Assembly (NCBI GenBank): GCA_030324005.1
Contig: JARDVH010000042.1
Coordinates: forward strand, 108,145,391 to 108,209,390
Origin: Negaprion brevirostris
Taxonomy: Eukaryota
Direction of reading: 5' to 3'
DNA: 64,000 nt
A model generated the notes under the pieces. It did no database searches, had not been told where the DNA came from, and saw only the letters and a program-made list of their open reading frames with translations. Both the position numbers and the translations under genes were made by a program. Of this stretch, positions 25,606 through 35,960 are shown piece after piece. The first letter of the stretch is position 1; every line of letters begins with the position of its first letter.

Positions 25606-26483
25606 GGGTAGACTTTTAAGATGGAGAACGATCAGTGTCTGTCATATCGAGAGTTGGTGCATAATGCGCTGCCACAACTCTTGGAAGCCCACTGCTGTTA
25701 AATGCTCACTCAAGTGTTGATTGGCAATGGCAGGACTTCCATCTGGCCTTGGAAGCAAGTCCTGCCTATACCCGACCAGATTCAGTGCTGCAGTGGCCAA
25801 GAGTTGCACTGTAGCATTTTGCCTGGGACTAAAGCAGAAAATGCTGTAAAATCTCAGCAAGTCTGAGAGCATCTGTGGAGAGCGAATGGAAACGTTTNNN
25901 NNNNNNNNNNNNNNNNNNNNNNNNNNNNNNNNNNNNNNNNNNNNNNNNNNNNNNNNNNNNNNNNNNNNNNNNNNNNNNNNNNNNNNNNNNNNNNNNNTAA
26001 AATCTCAGCACGTCTGAGAGCATCTGTGGAGAGCGAATGGAAACGTTTCGAGTCAGAATGACCCTTTGTCAGAGCTAAAGCCCTGTGACTGTTGGAAAGC
26101 TAAGTCCAGGTGGCCCTAGGGGCCCCAAGTATAGGAGAGTAGGGGACATCTGGGGGAGAGGAGATGGTGATCACAGCCTTGGGGGACAGATTATGGGATG
26201 AGGGAAGACTGGATCTGCCAGATCCCAGAGGGGAGAGCGGCCCAACTCTGACATGCCTTCATATTGAAGTGCCACTTTCTTTCCTGCCCGAGAGAGAGAA
26301 AAGTATTTTACCCTGTTTCCCACCTTATCTGTACCTGCTCCCACCAGACCGAAAATTGAGGCTGGGTGGGACCAGCGCCCTAATACGTGAAAGGACAGGT
26401 TTCCCACCTGGGGCCTCACCTGCCCAAGTGTGAAATTGGGCCTGGGTTCACTTTTACACTGCTCCTCACCTTAGAATCCACCC
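25606..26483. mobile_element. GC-rich TIR-bounded non-autonomous element
   Basis: Loose TIR ggggtagactttt...tagaatccaccc and a GC jump against the AT-rich flanks. Confidence 0.5.
25829..26077 (-). mobile_element. Penelope-like terminal fragment (family B) with decayed hammerhead
   Basis: cagaaaatgctg.aaaatctcagca.gtctga.agcatctgtggagag is shared with 46961. Minus strand reads agct-CTGACAA-agggtc-attct-gactc-GAAACGTT. Confidence 0.8.
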
Positions 26484-26511
26484 TGGTGGGAACATACCAT
26501 TCTGCTCATGA

Positions 26512-26680
26512 AGTCCAAAGATATGTGGGTTAAGTTGATTGGCTATGTTAAATTGAACCTAGTGTCAGGGTGTATGTGGGTTATGGGAATAGGGCCTGGG
26601 TGGGATTGTGGTCAGCACTGACTTGATTGGTTGCTGGCATCCTTCTGCATTGTAAGGAATCTATGATCAATCTATGATCT
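26512..26680 (+). mobile_element. HE1-type SINE, 3' half
   Basis: gtccaaagatatgtgggttaagttgattggctatgttaaattg...ccttctgcattgtaaggaatctatgat. Confidence 0.85.
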
Positions 26681-27312
26681 TCGAATCTCTGGAGTTGATG
26701 TTGCATTGATATTGTTGCTATTAATGTGGAGCTACGCAGATCCTTTGGGTTTGATGGCCCGTATCCTTCAGTTGTAGAGCATTATTCAGCATTAAAATTA
26801 TAGGATAAAACAACTCTTACTAAAATCAAATTGAGGAATCCTGACAAAACCAGTTTCCAAGTTTGTGGAGCTCCTTAATTGCAAAGTATTTTAATATGGT
26901 TCTTAACTGACCAGAAAAAACTTTTGTCAGGCGGCAGCTAAGGTACTCAGAATCATTATACAATAAGAAAGAACTGACAATTGCATAAAAGTAAGACTGA
27001 TCAGTATGGTAATACGTGAATTCCATGACAGATACACTTCCATGCAATTTCAAGCCTATTATTTTAAATTGATCTCATTTATGTGCGTTTATGCATGCTT
27101 TAATTACGTTTAGTGCTATGTTTGTTCCAATAGAACCACTGCAATAAATGGAGGAATCCTGGCAAGGCATTGCCAAAAATACCTGAAATTCAACTTCACA
27201 AATCCAGTCACAGTCATTATACTCACTTTATCTTGGACTTAATTTAAGTTCATTATACAGAATTGGTAAAAACAGGAAGCACAAAACATAAACGTGCAAC
27301 AAAAGTAGGAGT

Positions 27313-27583
27313 ATGCACGGTGGCACAGTAGTTAGCACTGCTGCCTCAGCACCAGAGACCCGAGTTCAATTCCTGGCTTGAACTCCTGTCTGCATGGAGT
27401 CTGCACATTCACGCATGTGTTTGCGTGAGTTTCCTCTGGGTGCTCCGATTTCCTCCACAGTCTGAAAGATGTGCTGGTTAGGTGCATTGGCCATGCTATA
27501 TTCTCCCTCGGTGTACCCGAACAGGCGCCGGAGTGTGGTGACTCGGGGAATTTTCACAATAACTTCATTGCAGTGTTAATATG
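27313..27583 (+). mobile_element. V-SINE with HE1-type head and an alternative 3' tail
   Basis: Same head and V-domain as HE1, but the tail is cgccggagtgtgg...ttcacaataacttcattgcagtgttaat. Same subfamily as 46440-46765. Confidence 0.88.
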
Positions 27584-27734
27584 TGTGGTCGTGAAAAGCA
27601 TTGAAAAGCATGATTTTAACACAAGTCTTTCTTTTTATTCTGACAATGGACCTCCTGCATATTTCATGACCACGCTGTCATAAAATATCTTATAGCTAAT
27701 AAATTAATAATCCCTTAGTTGTACAAAGCTTGAG

Positions 27735-28043
27735 CTTTGCTGAAAAAGGAGACATGCTGTCGAAGCTTTTGAACTTGCACTCATCAGGACAGAATCAAGA
27801 ATACCAGATTTCAAAAGCAGTAACAATTTACATTGCATGAGAAAAAGTGTGTTGTCAAAGTCACACTGATTGGCTGAGACTTTACCATGGCAAATGCCCC
27901 AGGGTCAGTTTCTCCTGGGGTACTTACCTTAGCCAAAACTTGACCAACTTGAGTCCATTTGCCAACCAATCTGCATTTTTTTTTCTCTCATGCAATATAA
28001 ATTGGTATTCCCTTTGAAATTTGGTATTCTTGCACCTGTTCTG
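27735..28043. mobile_element. Penelope-like fold-back element (family C) with decayed hammerhead
   Basis: About 50-bp inverted arms at 27796-27847 and 27981-28032. Minus strand 27758-27791 reads tgtc-CTGATGA-gtgcaagtt-caaaagcttc-gaca. Confidence 0.75.
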
Positions 28044-28049
28044 CCTGCT

Positions 28050-29020
28050 CCCTTGGAAATTCTGGCCTGCACTGGGTGTGCTTCTACAGCTGCATGGTGC
28101 ACACCAGACCGTGACCCAGAAGCCTGTCTGCTGACATGTTCCACCAAGGCATTTCTGTGCTGGTGAAAACAGTGCCGAAAATTTGGCCTCCTTAGCTTTG
28201 AGGTGCTCTGGTTGGTTAGGGGGCAGCAACTCCAAATGCCCCGGCCTCATCTGATGCAGAACCTGGAAGACAAAGGGAATGGGGTCAGTGTTTGGGAATA
28301 AGAAGGGCTTGGAAGATGAGAAACTCACTAGAGATAGGTCATCTGGGTAAAGGTGCAGTGGACTCGCTTATTTGGCACAGGCCAACCTCACTGCCTGCCG
28401 CTGCTTGCTCTGGGGCCTCCCCCTCTCCTCGTAGGCGGTAGGGACTCTTATCTTGGGCATCTCCTCACTTGCCTTTTCTCATGCCCATCGCGAGCTATCT
28501 TCTCCTGCAGGGATACAATGGGGAACATTGTGAGGTGAATGTCTGGGGTGGGACTGGGGGCAGGCAGGCACTTCACGGCACCTAGCCAAAGATGGTTTGT
28601 GGTGGGGATTGCTGGGGGATGGTTTCTGAGGAAGATGCTGGGAGGTTGGTTCTTGGGAGGCTGTGAGGTGGGTGAAGAGGAGGTAATGGTGAGATGTCAA
28701 GTGTTCGGGATGGGAGTGATGCCAGAGACAGACAGGCCTGGAGTGTGCTACCAGGGCCGGTGGAAAATGATTTGATTTTNNNNNNNNNNNNNNNNNNNNN
28801 NNNNNNNNNNNNNNNNNNNNNNNNNNNNNNNNNNNNNNNNNNNNNNNNNNNNNNNNNNNNNNNNNNNNNNNNNNNNNNNCTACCAGGGCCGGTGGAAAAT
28901 GATTTGATTTTCCCGCTGGCAACAACACTTAAATTTTATTAGGGAGAATCGCAGCTTTAATCTCATGACTTTTCCTAAGGCTTCATGATGTCACTGTATT
29001 AAATTCGAGAAATTTTCCTC
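28050..29020. mobile_element. GC-rich non-autonomous element
   Basis: Begins ggaaattctgg and ends gaaattttcc. G-rich interior like the other long GC-rich elements in the window. Confidence 0.4.
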
Positions 29021-30314
29021 TGAAGACCTCTAAGTTCTAGTTATTTTTATTTGTTACTTGGGGAATGCCTTGGATATCCGCTGCTGTTTGGTAATTCACT
29101 TATTTCTCTTAATTATCCTCAAATTAGATAAAGCCACATAATGAGAAGCCATTAACTAGTCAGATTATAAACATCACTGATGATAAATTGATCAGTTCTG
29201 AGATCATAGGGGAACATTCCCTCTTAATGCAAGGTGTAATAGTGTTGCTTTTAAAATCTTACTTATGTTAAACTTCAAGTAAATATTGTTGACTGGTAGC
29301 AGCCTTTGCCGAATACACAAAAAAACACAATTAATTACCAATATTCAGTTAATGATTGCTTTTCAGTTCAGACAATATGTATGTTAAAAGTCCCAGTTAA
29401 ATATGCATCATCCTCAGATGGGTTATGACTTTTCTTAGTGTTTTTAGTTGGACGTTTAAAAAAAAATAGAGAAGGAGCAAGTATAACAAAAGTCCTGCCA
29501 CTGTTCACGGAAGCAGACATGGTAACTGCAACCTGATATAGGACTTATAATCCAAAATCAAAATAGATTTTTTTTTGTGGGGCTGGTTTGAAATTTAAGT
29601 TGCATTATTCTGATTTGTCTACATTATTGTTATTACATTTGTCTGATTAGTCAATATATTTCTCAGAAGTCCTGCTATTGTTTCCTTGATTTTTAGCCTG
29701 GTTATTGAAGAGTTCCAATGGTGTCTGCAGCCTCTTTGCTCCACAGTATGGGAAGTTAACAACCAAGACAGCATGGAAGAAACTTTACACACCACGTGAT
29801 TAGCTTAGAAATCGCACCAGGATGGTTACATTTCTTCTGCTTGATGACTAGGATAGTCATCATGATACTGGAAGGCTTAACAAGTCTGGCTGTTTGATCG
29901 CTATTTCTATCGATTTACTGCATGAACTTGGTTGTTTAGGATATAACATCTCCGCTTTTCTTGACCACAGTTATAACATCAAACATTTACAAAACTGCAG
30001 ATCCTTTGTACATTAGAGGCTAATTTTTCTACCTGAAGTGCCCGGGAAATATTTAATTCCTGGACTACTCATGGTACGCTCGATACCTGTAGAGCAGTGA
30101 CACCAAAGTCTCGATTTTGACTCCAAAAATAGTTGTGTTGGTGTAACATCAGAGTTTAAAATAATGCAAAAAATCTGAAAGAGGGAGTGAACACCCTCAT
30201 TCCAATTTGAAAGAAAGCAAGAGGAAGGTTTGGTGACCAAATTGTTCATGGGAAGTGGCTTGGTTATTTACATATTATAATAATGCTTCCTGTCTTCTTT
30301 TGAAGTCATTCTAA

Positions 30315-30585
30315 TGTTAACCACAGTCAGACAAGATTCCCATTCCTCGGGTGAAATAACTCCTCAGATGCTGGTGTCCCTTCACTAGATTCCCTTTATT
30401 TATGAATGCAATTCCACTCCTTAGAGTGCTTCAGGTACAAAGTCAGAATCTAGAGTGTCAGTAGCCCTGACACTCCTCAATGTATACACAGGTGAGACTC
30501 CCTGATTGAGGTAATGATTGTCTGCCCAATCAGGGAGATCATCCTCTAAGAGTCCCACCTCATGGGTCTCATTGAGGTCATTACA
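30315..30585 (-). mobile_element. Solo LTR (probably Gypsy-type)
   Basis: TGT...ACA termini, minus-strand AATAAA (from ccctttatt), TATA-like tgtataca upstream of it, and internal inverted repeats. No TSD seen. Confidence 0.6.
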
Positions 30586-30807
30586 TTGGGAAACTTGGCA
30601 GCTTAAGGAGGTGAGAAGAGCTGAATCCATTGGGGAAAAGTGTACTTGTGGGTCAGGAAGAGCAGGTATGCTTCCTCCAGGCTCCATAATTTACCCTGTA
30701 AACCCTGTTCTGGCTGTGACAGACTGCCTGCCCCTACCCACACCTAGACCCCAATATGCACCAATATTCTGGGAGCCTCACTTTCCTGGTTTGTATTTTT
30801 GTAAATA

Positions 30808-30994
30808 CTGGCATTGGACTGGGGTAAACACAGTAAGAAGTCTCACAACACCAGGTTAAAATCCAACCAGTTTACTTGATAGTAAGCTCACAAGTTTTTG
30901 GAAACACTGTTCCTTCATCAGGTGTCATGGCCTCACACCTGACAAAGGAAGTGTTTCCGAAAGCTTGTGAGTTTAATATCAAGTAAACTGGTTG
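30808..30994. mobile_element. Penelope-like fold-back element (family A) with two divergent hammerhead remnants
   Basis: Arms 30864-30925 and 30935-30994 around a 9-nt spacer. Minus arm: cac-CTGATGA-aggaacagtgtttcc-aaaaactt-gtg. Plus arm: cac-CTGACAA-aggaagtgtttcc-GAAAGCTT-gtg. Confidence 0.85.
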
Positions 30995-31176
30995 NNNNNN
31001 NNNNTAATAACCTGACCCACCAAATTTGGGCACTGTGTGATTGGACAGGCGAAAGCATTCTTTGAGTGTACTCTTTTTGCAAAGGGCCCAGGAGAGTGAG
31101 GTAGGTGCAAGAAGATTAGCCTTTCATAAAATTAAGGAAAAGACAAAACTGGTAGGTTTTGCACATTGTTTGACAA

Positions 31177-31479
31177 TCATAGAGCCCTACTGTGCAGAAG
31201 GAGGCCATTTGACCCAGTGAGTCTGCACCGACAACAATCCCATGCCAAGCTCTACCCCACAACCCTACTCATTTACCCNNNNNNNNNNGGGCAATTTGGC
31301 ATGGCCAATCAATCTAACCTGCACGTTTTTGGACTATGGGAGGAAGTCCAAAAGGAAACTTATGCAGACACAGGGAGAATGCGCAAACTCCACACAAACA
31401 GTGACCCAAGCAGGAATCGAACCCAGGTTCTTAGAGCTGTGAGGCAACAGTACTAACCACTGTGCCACCATGCTACCCC
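31177..31479 (-). mobile_element. HE1-type V-SINE
   Basis: Reverse-complement head (ctaaccactgtgccaccatgctacc, aatcgaaccc), V-domain and CR1-type tail. Confidence 0.92.
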
Positions 31480-32109
31480 ATTTGTAATTGCAAATCTCAG
31501 ACATGGTGTCCGAGTTAAGCTTTCTGTACATAAATGCTTACTCAGATGTGAAGCTGTTAGTGTTCTTGTGGGTCTAAGATTTGACAAACACAGTGAAACA
31601 CTTTGAGTTTCTGCCACCCTTTAGCTCACTGTTGGAATGTATGTCAGTGTCAGTTGATGGACACAGAATGAATAAATAATAAATAAACGTTTTATTTTCA
31701 GGTGTTGTGATAAGACCATGAAGAGTTCCACCTCTGTCTTTATCGAGCAATGTAGCCAGTGTCACAGCTGTGTTAATCCAGTGTCACAGCTAAACAACAC
31801 CGGAATGTGAAACATTTTACCACTGTCTGAGATGAGGATTCAAAAATTCCAGTACTGTGGTATGAATTCCACTATGGGATATGTCTACTTGAAGTCCAAC
31901 AGGTCAGAGAGAAGCTGTAAATACTGAATGTTGTATTGCAGTACTCAATTTCTGCTGTTCAACACTGGGCAAGGTTACAATTTTGGTAGAATGCTGGTGT
32001 ATCTTCAGAAAAATGGAAAGTTCACCAGCTCCAGTGATGTGCTGCTGATCCTGACCATTTTCTCAACTATGCACTTGTGTCGTCATGAAAGATCACATAT
32101 TTTCATTTC

Positions 32110-32680
32110 TGTAACATCACCTGACTCTACCATGGCCTCAGCTCACCTGCTGCTGGATCTATCTTGAGCTTTGAGTATTGAAGTGTGCTCACTCCTGCCT
32201 GGCCTCCCATCTTCCACCGTCTATAAACTTGAACTCATTTAATCCTCTGCTGCCTAATTCCAAACCCATACCAAGTTGCCTCCACCCATCAGCCCGGCAC
32301 TTGCTGATGTACATTGGCTCCTGGGTTAAGCATTGCCTTTAATTTAAAATTCCATCCTCTTTTTCAAATCCTCCCATCGCCTCACACTTCTCTAACTACC
32401 TCCAGCTCTGCATCCTAGATATCTGCTCCAATCTGGCCTCCTGTGCATTGCTGATTTTAATCACAACAACATGTCTCTGCTTTCAGCTATTTTTATGCTT
32501 TGGAATTCCCTCAAACTTTTCCATCTATCTCTTCCTCAGTATGCTCCTTAGAACATAGTTCTTTGACCAAGCTTTTGGTCATCTGACTGAACAGTGCCTT
32601 GTATGGATCAATATGAAATTTTGTATGATGGTACTCCTGTTTAGCACCTTGGTAAATTTTTCTGGATTAATTTCTTCCAG
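32110..32680 (+). mobile_element. L2 LINE 3' end
   Basis: Decayed LLPGLPSSTVYKLELI and PISPALADVHWL, followed by an L2 3' UTR (ctttgaccaagcttttggtcatctg). Confidence 0.82.
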
Positions 32681-33979
32681 ATAAACATTTCAAAAGTCTT
32701 GAAGCCCTGTGCAGTTGAGATACAGGAATCCTGTACTTTACTCAATCACACAAACATGAGGGCGTTGACATTCCACTGTCTACTTTGTATGTCCCCTTAA
32801 ATTATTTTACACTCAATTATTGCAGCTGCCATTTGACTGATGATTTTGATCCGTTTGACATCTGGCCTCGGGGCTGGATTGAACTGGTGCACCCCAAACA
32901 TGTGCACAGTTGATAAGCACATTCAATTTCGAGGAAGCTATTGATGGAACAAAGTAGTTCCTAGATGGGGCAATGGGAAACATAAAGATTGAAGAATGTT
33001 CTTGCAGTGGAGATTCAAGTGCATTGTTGAGGTAGAGTTGTAGGACCTTTATTTATGTGGTTAGAATTAGCAAAGAAATGCAAAAGGAATGTGAACAAAG
33101 TTATAGTTATTTTTAAGCGATTCAGAAACGTGGAAATTGTAATTGATGGTTGAAGAAACATGAAGGGGAACCCGGCATTCATAAACTTAGAGGAAATGAT
33201 CGTCCAGTTGAGGTAAGAGTTGTGCTTGAAGAGGTTGTACTGACTGTATGTAAGAGCACAGAAGNNNNNNNNNNCTGAATTGTCAGAATGGGTTGGGAGG
33301 TATTAGTTCATGCTTCGTGATTCTATTGGAATTCTTTAAGGTGATAGCTAAGTTACTCGACAAAATCCAATTAGCGATCTAATTTACCAAATCTCTCAGT
33401 ATTTGATTAAAGTTTGATGTGTGCGGCTTTTTAAAGATGTTCAGAAATAATGGGTTGAAACATGTCTCTCATTCGTAGGGGTAAAAATTGAAATGCATTT
33501 ATTTGGCCTGACTTTGCAAATCACGATCACAATCCTTGGCACTAGCAGTTTCACAATCCAATTAGAAGCTGGAAAACAGTCCAATATTCCCCTTCTTAAC
33601 TGAGGAGCAAACATGACTTGTACTGCCTCTGCACCCATCCCTGGAAATATTGTCACGCTGATCACAAATTGAATCTGGAAATTTTCTATCTACATAGACC
33701 AGCAACTCATTGGCTCAACTTGTCCAACTATCAGTGAAACCTAAAGTGGATAACTTGATTGACAGTGATGAATTCACAGCCTTCTCTTTTCCCTTCCTTG
33801 TGCATATCTTTTAACCTCTTACTATTTCTCTTGAGTATAAAAGAGAAAGCAGACAGCTGAAGCCCTTTCTTCCTCTAGAACATATTACTAGACCCATAGA
33901 CCACATTAATATTAAAATACTCATAAATTCTTCCCTGTAGTGACTTGTTGCATATCGAAGGTTGCTCCATTCAGTCATG

Positions 33980-34815
33980 GGCCTGAATTTTTGGATGACC
34001 CACATTGTGCAGAGTCGGTGGCAATGCTACCCCAATGCATATTAAGCTCTAATGAGCATTGACTGATACAAGACAAGATTTGACTCTGGGGGAAGACCCA
34101 CTTGGAAAGCTGCCAGCAAATCAGATTGGCCAACAGCTCTCCAGTCCTTCCAGGCACAGCACTGCAGTGGCGGGAAGAGGCATTGTAAGGATCAGCCTGG
34201 CACTCAGTCCCAGGAACTGCAGGCCAGATAAATGGTTGAGGTCTCAGGATGGGTCGGGAGGAAACCCCTGGGATGTCATGAGGGGGCGATTTGAGGTCTT
34301 AGGGGATAGGCTGAGAGGAGGGGTCTGGAGGCCCTGAGATCTTAGGGGGGCATCAGGAGGAGGTGCCACCACCCCATCCCTGCACTTTCCACTCCAAGAT
34401 CCAGCNNNNNNNNNNNNNNNNNNNNNNNNNNNNNNNNNNNNNNNNNNNNNNNNNNNNNNNNNNNNNNNNNNNNNNNNNNNNNNNNNNNNNNNNNNNNNNN
34501 NNNNNNNNNNNNNNNNNNNNNNNNNNNNNNNNNNNNNNNNNNNNNNNNNNNNNNNNNNNNNNNNNNNNNNNNNNNNNNNNNNNNNNNNNNNNNNNNNNNN
34601 NNNNNNNNNNNNNNNGAATGTCCTTAACTTTGGCACAGGTGGCCTTCCCCTCCGAGGCCTTGCCTACCCCAATATAAAATCATTATCAAGACGGGATGGG
34701 GAGGATCCCACACGGTATTCACTCCATGCAATTTTACATTCCCCCAACTGCTCAGAATTCATTGGATGTGGGGTAGGGGGAGGATGGGTGATGAGGGGGA
34801 TGTAAAATTCTGGCC
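33980..34815. mobile_element. GC-rich TIR-bounded non-autonomous DNA element (PIF/Harbinger-like?)
   Basis: TIR ggcctgaatttt...aaaattctggcc flanked by atg on both sides (33977-33979 and 34816-34818). Confidence 0.6.
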
Positions 34816-34884
34816 ATGGAGATTTTTGCATCACTGCAAATTTTAAAAAAGTATAAACAAAACGCAATCTATTTTGAAAACCAT

Positions 34885-35960
34885 AGTATATGGAATGTAC
34901 ATCACAGAAACAGGCTATTTGGTTCAACTGGCTCATTCCAGTATTCATGCTGCAGATAAGTTTTCACCTACCCCTCTGTATCTAAACCCGTCAGGATAAC
35001 TGTTTCTCTTTTCTCCTTCATGTATTTATCTAGCTTCCCCGTAAATATATTTTTCAGCTACTCTCTGTGGTAGAGAATTACACATTCTAACGACTTGCCA
35101 GGTGAGAAAAAGCTCTCGCTAAAGGCCCTATTGGATTATTAGCTATAATTATTATATTGTAAAATTATAATCTTACGCATGTGGCCCTAAATTCTGGTCT
35201 CCACACAAGTGGAACTATTTTCTCCTATCCAGCCCTTTCAACATCTTACATACCCTATCCAGCTCTGTCAAAAATTTCACACCTCCATCAGTTCATTAGC
35301 CTCCCTGCCTTTTTTTGAAGAAAACAGTCTTTGCCTGTTAATTTTTTTTCCCTAATGTTAGAAAATCTTGCACCTTTTCCAGTGCATTTCTATCATTTTA
35401 TAATATGGAGGTCAGAACTATTCATGTTACTCTAGTTGTAGTGTGAGTCTACATATCATATCACTTCTCTATTTTACAATTTTGTGCAGGAATCGGGCAG
35501 CCCACTGGCATGGCACTAATTAGCACTGCTGCCTCTCAGCACTAGGGACCAGGGTTCAATTCTGGTCTTGGTGGCTGTCTGTGTGGAATTTGCACATTCT
35601 CCCTGTGTCTGCGCAGGTTTCCTCCGGGTGCTGCGGTTTCCTTCCACAGTCCAAAAATGTGCAGATTAGGTGGAATGGCCATGTTAAATTGTCTTTAGTT
35701 TAGATTAGGGGAATTAGCAGGATAAGTATGGGGGGTTATGGAGGTAGGGCCTGTGTGGGATTATTGTCGATGTAGGCTTAATGGGCCGAATGACCTCTTC
35801 TGCACAAGGGATTCTACGAGTGTGCCCCAAGTGTTTTGTTTGCTGCTTTGATGATTTAATAATCTGTATTATTACTTTCAGTGCTTTATACATGTGAGTA
35901 CCTTCGCTCCTTTCTTCACTCTTCTGCCCTGTTCAGACTATTATTTTCTAAGGCTTTTAC
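34885..35960 (-). mobile_element. Decayed CR1 3' fragment split by a SINE
   Basis: CR1 tail at 34885-34950. cttgcaccttttccagtgc is the reverse complement of ALEKVQ. Resumes at about 35820. Confidence 0.72.
35495..35818 (+). mobile_element. HE1-type V-SINE
   Basis: tagcactgctgcctc, gggttcaattc, V-domain and tail atgggccgaatgacctcttctgcac...gattcta. Confidence 0.92.

Noticed and set aside
25846-26047. Apparent direct repeat of about 50 bp
   Set aside because: Nearly identical sequence on both sides of an exactly 100-N gap, so probably an unmerged contig overlap. A real tandem cannot be fully excluded.
28748-28911. Repeat ctaccagggccggtggaaaatgatttgatttt
   Set aside because: Identical copies flank a 100-N gap, indicating an assembly overlap artefact.
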